From: Octopus sinensis
Lineage: Eukaryota
Assembly (NCBI RefSeq): GCF_006345805.1
Contig: NW_021825615.1
Location: 1 to 15,131, forward strand
Direction of reading: 5' to 3'
Length of the DNA: 15,131 nt
The notes below the pieces were generated by a model. It made no database searches, was not told where the DNA came from, and saw only the letters and a list, made by a program, of their open reading frames with translations. Shown here one piece after another: positions 9,105 to 15,131 of the stretch (positions are counted from its first letter, which is position 1; the number at the start of each line of letters is the position of its first letter). The translations under genes and the position numbers were made by a program.

Positions 9105-9200
9105 AAACTAGATTATCCATCGTGTCTTTTCAGGTTAAATAATAGTAGAATGATTTCATTGTTATTTCTAGAAAATCGACCGATCTCGTAGTGACTTCCT
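9105..9200 (-). repeat. Unclassified dispersed repeat 'C'
   Basis: Reverse complement: TCTAGAAATAACAATGAAATC...AAGACACGATGGATAATCTAG. Confidence 0.5.
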
Positions 9201-9490
9201 CGACAGCGTGTCATTGAAAGGTGGGTGAGAGTGGTGAATGATTGAATGGATCCGTGCTTGAAATGTTTATGAAGGTAATAGTAGTTGGACACTTGTTAGT
9301 CGAGGTGATTCGGACGTGTTGTCTTCGAATGCTTTGTCCTCCTTTTGGGACCGAAAACAACACAAAAAGAAAAACAATATTCAAATACACAGTTGCTACT
9401 TCTTTCTCCCGATTTCTCTCGGGATCTTTAATCTCTCCTTTGTTAGTCATGTGACATCCAACATCAGCTACTTTGGTGGAAAATAAAGAA

Positions 9491-9526
9491 ATTATCATCA
9501 TCATCAGCATCATCATATCACTCTTA

Positions 9527-9590
<64 letters not shown>

Positions 9591-9639
9591 CATATCATTA
9601 TTATCATCATCATCATCATTATCATCATCATCATTATCG

Positions 9640-9673
<34 letters not shown>
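9491..9673. repeat. (TTA)n then (TCA)n microsatellite
   Basis: Directly visible. Confidence 0.95.
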
Positions 9674-9676
9674 TCT

Positions 9677-9738
9677 AAATGCGGCGAGCTGGCAGAATCG
9701 TTAGCACACCGGGCGAAATGCTTAGCAGTATTTCGTCT
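9677..9738 (+). mobile_element. Family-A SINE 5' fragment
   Basis: GCGGCGAGCTGGCAGAATCGTTAGCACACCGGGCGAAATGCTTAGCAGTATTTCGTCT, fused directly to the Dong 3' end. Confidence 0.88.
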
Positions 9739-10880
9739 ATCATGTTTGACTTTTGCTTTGTATTTGTACAAGTTGGCTACAAGTCTCACCCAGAGACCTC
9801 AAAAGACAAATTAAAAGTTCATGTTGGTGTTATGCCTAGGGTGTCATATATTTGGTTTTGCACATAATATTGTTCTGGAGAATGTTTAAGAAAACATGAA
9901 AAAATTATGTGTTTGTTTTAAAATTTGAGATTACATAAACAGTATTTTACGTAGGATATGACCAGTTCCCATGAGCACTATCTTTTGAATTTCTGCCATT
10001 TTGGTGCTTCTTGGTATCTGAGCTAGGTAGCAATCAGCCCCTTTTGCTATCATTCCTAGGGCTCCTATAATAACAGGAATTGTTTTAGTCTTGAGGTTCC
10101 ACATTTTTCTGATTTCTATTTTAAGATCTTTATACTTGCTCAGATTTTGGTAGGTCTTGACAGATACATTTATATCGATTGGAACAGTCATATCGATGAG
10201 GAGGCATGGATATTTCTGAAGTCTTTCAATATATGTCTGGCCTATTCGCATCTATCTTTCTGTCAGTTTGAACGGTGAAATTCCAGAGGAGTGAGATGTG
10301 ATCATTTTCAAGCACTGGAGGTGGTTTGTGTTCCCACCAGCTTTTATCATGGGCCAAGTCCAGGTTTTTGCAAATTACCCATTGAATACATTGTGCTGCT
10401 CTATCATGCCTGTTGAGATACTCTGTAGGCGCAAGAAGACTGCACATGGAGTCAACATGATCAATGGCTTCATTTTGATGTTGACATACACGACACGTTG
10501 AGAAGCTGCCGTTCTTTAATATAGCGGCCTTGTAGAGTCTTGGGCTGCTTTGATAAATCCTTCTCTTTCTGATTTTAAACTAGAAGACACTAAACAGTGA
10601 TGGGTAAGCGCTTTGTCAACATCGGCATTATTAGTTCTCTTTGGTGGGCATTTGCCATTCAGAGGTTTTTCTTACCATTCATCAGTAAGAATATCTAAGG
10701 CAGCAGTTTTAGCACGGGTTTTCATGCGTTTAGCTTTTTCTGTGCTTGTTTTCAGTACGTCTTATTCTGGAATTTGTTGTATTTGGAATTCACTTAGATA
10801 TTCCTTTGCCTGTTTTGTTTCGGAGTATGATGCTTTCTTGTTTTCATGCTTTGAGATATGTTTTAGCATCCAGTCATCAG
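9739..10880 (-). mobile_element. R4/Dong-type RLE non-LTR retrotransposon, family 1, 5'-truncated dead copy
   Basis: Minus translation: W*EKPLNG..VDKALT..LKSEREGFIKAAQD, CCHC knuckle CRVCQHQNEAIDHVDSMC (CX2CX8HX4C), YLNRHD, RPDI..LLIDMTVP..SKYKDL (PD-(D/E)xK RLE), IPVIIGALG; stop at 9931-9933 and a ~190-bp 3' UTR shared with copy 11780-12610; internal stops and frameshifts. Confidence 0.92.
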
Positions 10881-10936
10881 TGATGTCCAGAGGTAGGAGC
10901 CAAGGACAATTGTGGCAATCTTCATTGTTGATTCTA

Positions 10937-11066
10937 GTTATTATTATTATTCTAGTTGTTGTTGTTCTTTTCTTCTTCTTCTTCTTCTTCTTATTCTTCT
11001 CTTCTTCTCTTCTTCTTCTCTTCTTCTTATTAATTCTCTTTTTTATTCTTTATTATTATTATATTA

Positions 11067-11111
<45 letters not shown>

Positions 11112-11124
11112 TATTATTATTATT
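10937..11124. repeat. (TTA)n/(TTG)n/(TTC)n microsatellite
   Basis: Directly visible. Confidence 0.95.
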
Positions 11125-11452
11125 CTAACGCTGGAGATGTACCACAGTGTCAGCTGTTCACTACCAGTGAGTAAGGTAACGCCTCTTGTTTTTCGAGCAC
11201 CTTCTGGAGTATTCGAGCAGTTCCAAGCAGTGCTGTTTTCTGCAAGTACTCCACCCTTATTGCAGCCCCTTTTTGTTCCATGTACTTCTCAAGATTTTTA
11301 CTCACTGTTCCCAGGGCCCCGACCATTATTAGTACTACTACCACCTTTTTCATCGACCACAACTGCTTAACCTCCCAAGCTAACCTGTCATATCTATCGA
11401 CATTTTTTTCTTTCTTATCGCATACCTTGTTGTCACTTAGGCATGCTATATC

Positions 11453-11453
<1 letters not shown>
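11125..11453 (-). mobile_element. R4/Dong-type RLE non-LTR retrotransposon, family 2, short 3' fragment within (TAA)n
   Basis: Minus translation DIACLSDNKVCDKKEKNVDRYDRLAWEVKQLWSMKKVVVVLIMVGALGTVSKNLEKY..LQKTALLGTARIL: an RLE C-terminus homologous to, but clearly diverged from, family 1. Different short 3' UTR; (TAA)n on both sides. Confidence 0.88.
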
Positions 11454-11519
<66 letters not shown>

Positions 11520-11546
11520 CATCATCATCATCATCATTATTATTAC
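11454..11546. repeat. (TTA)n then (TCA)n microsatellite
   Basis: Directly visible. Confidence 0.95.
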
Positions 11547-11547
11547 T

Positions 11548-11779
11548 AAGGCGGCAAGCTGGCAGAATCGTTAGCGCGCCGGACGAAATGCTTAGCGGTA
11601 TGTCGCCCGTTGGTACGTCCTGAGTTGAAATTCCGCTGAGGTCGACTTTACTCTTCATCCTTTCGGGGTCGGTAAAATAAGTACCAGTCGAATGGTGGGG
11701 TTGGTGTAATCGACTCACCCCTCCCCCTCAAAAAATTGTTGCCTTTGTGGCAAAATTTGAAGCTATTATTATTATTATT
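11548..11779 (+). mobile_element. Family-A SINE, full length, 3' end type 2, with (ATT)n tail
   Basis: AAGGCGGCAAGCTGGCAGAATCGTTAGC...GAGGTCGACTTTACTCTTCATCCTTTCGGGGTCGG...CTTTGTGGCAAAATTTGAAGC(TAT)5. Confidence 0.92.
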
Positions 11780-12610
11780 CTATGTTTGACTTTTGCTTTA
11801 CATTTGCACAAGTTGGCTCCAAGTCTCACCCAGAGACCTCAAGAGACAACAGGTTGGAATTTCACGTTGTTGTTATGCCTAGTGTGCCATATATTTGGGG
11901 GGTTTTTTGGTGTTGTACTAGTGAATGTCTAATAAATAAATAAAAAAAAAAAAGAAAGTTTGTTTTAAACCTTGAGATTACATAGAGTATTTTGCGTAGG
12001 ATATGAGCAGTTCCCATGAGTACTATCTTTTGAATTTCTGCCATTTTGGGGTTTCCTGGTATCTGAGTTAGGTAGCGATCAGCCCCTTTTGCTATCATTC
12101 CCAGGGCACCTATGACAACAGGTATTGTTTTAGTCTTCAGCTTCCACATTTTGCTGATTTCTATTTCAAGGTCTTTATATTTGTTCAGCTTTTGTTAGGT
12201 CTTGACAGATACGTTTATGTCGATTGGGACAGTCATATCAATGAGGAGGCATGTTCTTTGTCTAAAGTCTTTCAATATGATGTATGGCCTGTTTGCATCT
12301 ATCTTTCAGTCAGTTTGAATGGCGAAGTTCCAGAGGAATGAGATGTGGTCATTTTCAAGCACTGGAGGTGGATTGTGTTCCCACCAGTTTTTTTCATGGT
12401 GCAAATCCAGGTTTTTTCAAATTACCCAGTGAATATATTGTGCAGCTCTATCATGCCTGTTGAGGTACTCTGTAGGCGCTAGAAGACTGCATTTGGAGAC
12501 AACATAATCAATGGTTTCATTTTGTTGTCGGCATACACGACATGTTGGGCTACTGCCGTTCTTTAATATGCTGGCCTGGTAGTTTCTTGTTGGTAGGCAT
12601 TGATCTTGAG
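11780..12610 (-). mobile_element. R4/Dong-type RLE non-LTR retrotransposon, family 1, 5'-truncated dead copy
   Basis: Minus translation QDQCLPTRNY..CRVCRQQNETIDYVVSKC..YLNRHD..LLIDMTVP..KYKDL..IPVVIGALG; colinear with 9739-10545; in-frame stops; 3' end ...GTCAAACATAG followed by (AAT)n. Confidence 0.92.
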
Positions 12611-12679
12611 GGTAGTTTCTTGTTGGTAGGCAGGTAGTTATTATTATTATTATTATTATTAATATTATTATTATTTACT

Positions 12680-12878
12680 AAGGCGGCGAGCTGGGAGAAG
12701 CTTTAGCACTCTGGTATTTCGTTTGCCGCTAGCTTCTGAGTTCAAATTCCAAGGAGGTCGACTTTGTCTTTTCGTCCTTTCGGGGTCGATAGATTAAGTA
12801 CCAGTGAAACACTAGGGTCGATGTAATCGACTATCGCCCCCTCCACAAATTTCAGGCCTTGTATCTACAGTAGAAAGG
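12680..12878 (+). mobile_element. Family-A SINE, 3' end type 1, small 5' internal deletion
   Basis: AAGGCGGCGAGCTGG...GAGTTCAAATTCC..GAGGTCGACTTTG...TTTCAGGCCTTGTATCTACAGTAGAAAGG; TTA repeats on both sides. Confidence 0.92.
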
Positions 12879-12961
<83 letters not shown>

Positions 12962-12969
12962 TACTATTA

Positions 12970-13005
<36 letters not shown>

Positions 13006-13007
13006 CA

Positions 13008-13077
<70 letters not shown>
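12879..13077. repeat. (TTA)n microsatellite, ~200 bp
   Basis: Directly visible. Confidence 0.97.
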
Positions 13078-13412
13078 CCCGGGACGTGACAATTGACAGC
13101 TGAGAGTGTTTTCTGAACGGGTGAGAGAAAGGGTTTGGCTGGTGGGTTTTTCTTTTCTTGTTTTTGTTCTTCTTTGTTTTCTTTCTTTCTCTCTTTCTTT
13201 TTTCTTGTTTTTTTTTGTTTTTGTTTTTGCCTGTCGTGTTAGCGAAAGCGGGTGGTTGGCTTGTCGTTCGGTCAGGTTGGATTTACCTGTGTTTACAGCA
13301 GTTTACACGGGTGGGAAATGGCTTAACCAGTTTTAATGCGTAAAGGAATTTCGTTGACTTTATTCAAATGTAGAGCTCACAAGCCACGGCCAAAAGCCAT
13401 CCCTCCTCTTTC

Positions 13413-13790
13413 TATATGTATGTATGAGCGTATGTGTATATGTATGTGATTGTGTGTCTATGTGTGTATGCCTCTATATGTGAGCATGAGTGCGTGCGAG
13501 TGTGTGCGGTGTGTATGAGCGTGCGTAATAGAGAGAGGGAGAGGTGGGTAGGAGAAATAAAGCGTGTGCGTGTGTGTGTGTGTATGGTTGTGTGTGGGAA
13601 GAACACGTATATATAAGCATATGTATATCAGTGTTGGTATATATACCCTTTGTTGGATGCATTCATATGCATGCATGTGCTTCTACAGACACACACACAC
13701 ACAGATACAAACATATGCACACACCTACCTTATCCTATATATACATAAGAATACGCATATGCATATATATATATACACATATATATATGC

Positions 13791-13821
<31 letters not shown>

Positions 13822-13858
13822 ATATAATATATATATATATATAATATATGCCATATAT
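13413..13858. repeat. (TG)/(TA)/(CA) degenerate compound microsatellite
   Basis: Directly visible. Confidence 0.9.
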
Positions 13859-13859
13859 A

Positions 13860-14288
13860 ACTTGGCTATTTCAACACCAAAGATTGGTCCAGGCCATTTC
13901 TAACTTAATAGCATCACCTGATAGGATTAGCTAAATCCTTTTAAAGCCCATTTTGTGGGATCATGATCTCTTCGAATAGAGAGTTCTTGTTGAGTGAGTC
14001 ACATCCATGTATAGGTAGCTTATCTGTTATTCCTTGAAGAAATTTGTCCAGATTCCGTTTAAAGGTGATGGGATCCTTTTCCCCTCTTTGATCTGTTTCG
14101 GGACAATGTTAAATAGGGCAGGGCCTGTTGAGGAAAAGAAATTGCGTTGATTTGTATTTATGTGTTGTGATCATGAATTGATTAGGGGACGTATGGCCTA
14201 TGATCCTAACCTTGGATGAAATTTGAAGGTAATAGTAAAGGTCGTTTGGGCAATGCTGAGGGTATATTCTCCACATCGTACAACGATT
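13860..14288 (-). mobile_element. CR1/L2-group LINE, 3' fragment (ORF2 C-terminus and 3' UTR), decayed
   Basis: Minus translation across frameshifts: MWRIY..CPND..FHPRLG..NFFSSTGPALFNIVPKQIK..FKRNLDKFLQGITDKLP..NKNSL, matching the CR1/L2-type tail pattern (WKI..PN..RLG..GP.LFN.LP..FK..LDKFL..PD.P..NSL). Absent from the ORF track. Confidence 0.75.
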
Positions 14289-14341
14289 CTGGATCCTAAC
14301 AGCAATCCAGATCTCTGAACTGGAAGGCTGTTAGGATCCAG
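14289..14341. other. 53-nt hairpin / inverted repeat
   Basis: CTGGATCCTAACAGC (14289-14303) is the exact reverse complement of GCTGTTAGGATCCAG (14327-14341); inner 2x2 loop, TCCAG/CTGGA stem and 9-nt loop. Confidence 0.9.
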
Positions 14342-14359
14342 GAGCTATATCGAACTTAT

Positions 14360-14591
14360 TGTTGATATGCATGTATATGTGTATGTATATGTGTATGTAT
14401 GTATGTATGTGTATGTATATATATATATGTATGCATATATATGTATGTATATATATATATGCACACACATATATGTACATATATATATATATTATATATA
14501 TATACACATATATACATACGTACTTATATATATATTATAATATATATATATATACGCACATATATACATATATATTCATACATCATATATC

Positions 14592-14653
<62 letters not shown>

Positions 14654-14700
14654 CATGCATATATATATTATATATATATATCGCATATGCATACATTCAC
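14360..14700. repeat. (TA)n/(TATG)n microsatellite
   Basis: Directly visible. Confidence 0.95.
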
Positions 14701-14789
14701 ACGCAAATATAAGTAGAGAATCCCAAAAAAAAGACGAAGACAGGTGGTGTAGACAACATAGATGTATTAGTTTAACGCTCGGGAATTGA

Positions 14790-14835
14790 AAACAGTCTTT
14801 ACCGTTTCGAGCCTACGCTCTTTCACAGAAAGGAA
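14790..14835 (-). ncRNA. Degenerate minimal hammerhead-ribozyme-like motif (Penelope-type)
   Basis: Minus strand CTGTGAAA-GAGC-GTAG-GCTC-GAAAC-GGTA: stem II hairpin followed by GAAAC, but the CUGANGA box is corrupted and stem I is weak. Confidence 0.35.
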
Positions 14836-14857
14836 CACAGAGACGTACATGAATACA

Positions 14858-14858
14858 A

Positions 14859-14913
<55 letters not shown>

Positions 14914-14948
14914 CATATATATGTACTTATATACATATATATATATAA
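14858..14948. repeat. (TA)n(GA)n(TA)n microsatellite
   Basis: Directly visible. Confidence 0.95.
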
Positions 14949-15039
14949 CGCTTATGTACACGCTGGCTAAAACGAACAGAGAATTCCGAACGAAGTAAGT
15001 CCAGCTGAGATGTCAATGAATTTGTTATATTTACTTTGT

Positions 15040-15131
15040 TTATTCTTTTTTCTTTTACATGTTTTAGTCATTTGATTTCGGCCATGCTGGAGCACTGCTT
15101 TTAATCCAACAAATCGATGTAAGAACTCATT
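15040..15131 (-). mobile_element. Family-B SINE 3' end, running off the window
   Basis: Reverse complement GTGCTCCAGCATGGCCGAAATCAAATGACTAAAACATGTAAAAG aligns to 6391-6432. Confidence 0.82.

Noticed and set aside
9211-9516. 101-aa minus ORF or exon candidates
   Set aside because: Starts in a microsatellite, has no recognisable motif and no good donor site.
9931-12149. Functional endonuclease genes or a prokaryote-type RT/nuclease system
   Set aside because: 5'-truncated retrotransposon fragments with stops and frameshifts and no RT core, in a eukaryotic context.

Overview
Eukaryotic, AT-rich, repeat-saturated DNA with no recognisable intact gene. From recall of the repeat families it most resembles an Octopus/cephalopod genome; this is inference, not a database result. 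Nearly all supplied ORFs are microsatellite artefacts. Supported content: (i) about 10 copies of a ~220-bp tRNA-type SINE ('family A') with three alternative 3' ends; (ii) a ~400-bp SINE ('family B', 1 full copy and 2 fragments); (iii) a 391-bp tRNA-Arg-type SINE with a perfect 12-bp TSD; (iv) three 5'-truncated restriction-like-endonuclease (R4/Dong-type) non-LTR retrotransposon fragments from two families, interleaved with family-A SINEs in (TAA)n microsatellites at 9.5-13.1 kb; (v) a decayed Penelope-like reverse transcriptase at 6.8-8.25 kb, missed by the ORF track, whose YRDD catalytic codons were hit by the tRNA-Arg SINE; (vi) a CR1/L2-type LINE 3' end, a hAT-MITE end, an unclassified dispersed repeat, a 53-nt hairpin, a degenerate hammerhead-like motif and many microsatellites. 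I found no convincing wholly new system. The best leads are the SINE/Dong/microsatellite nesting, modular SINE domain sharing and the hidden Penelope-like fossil.
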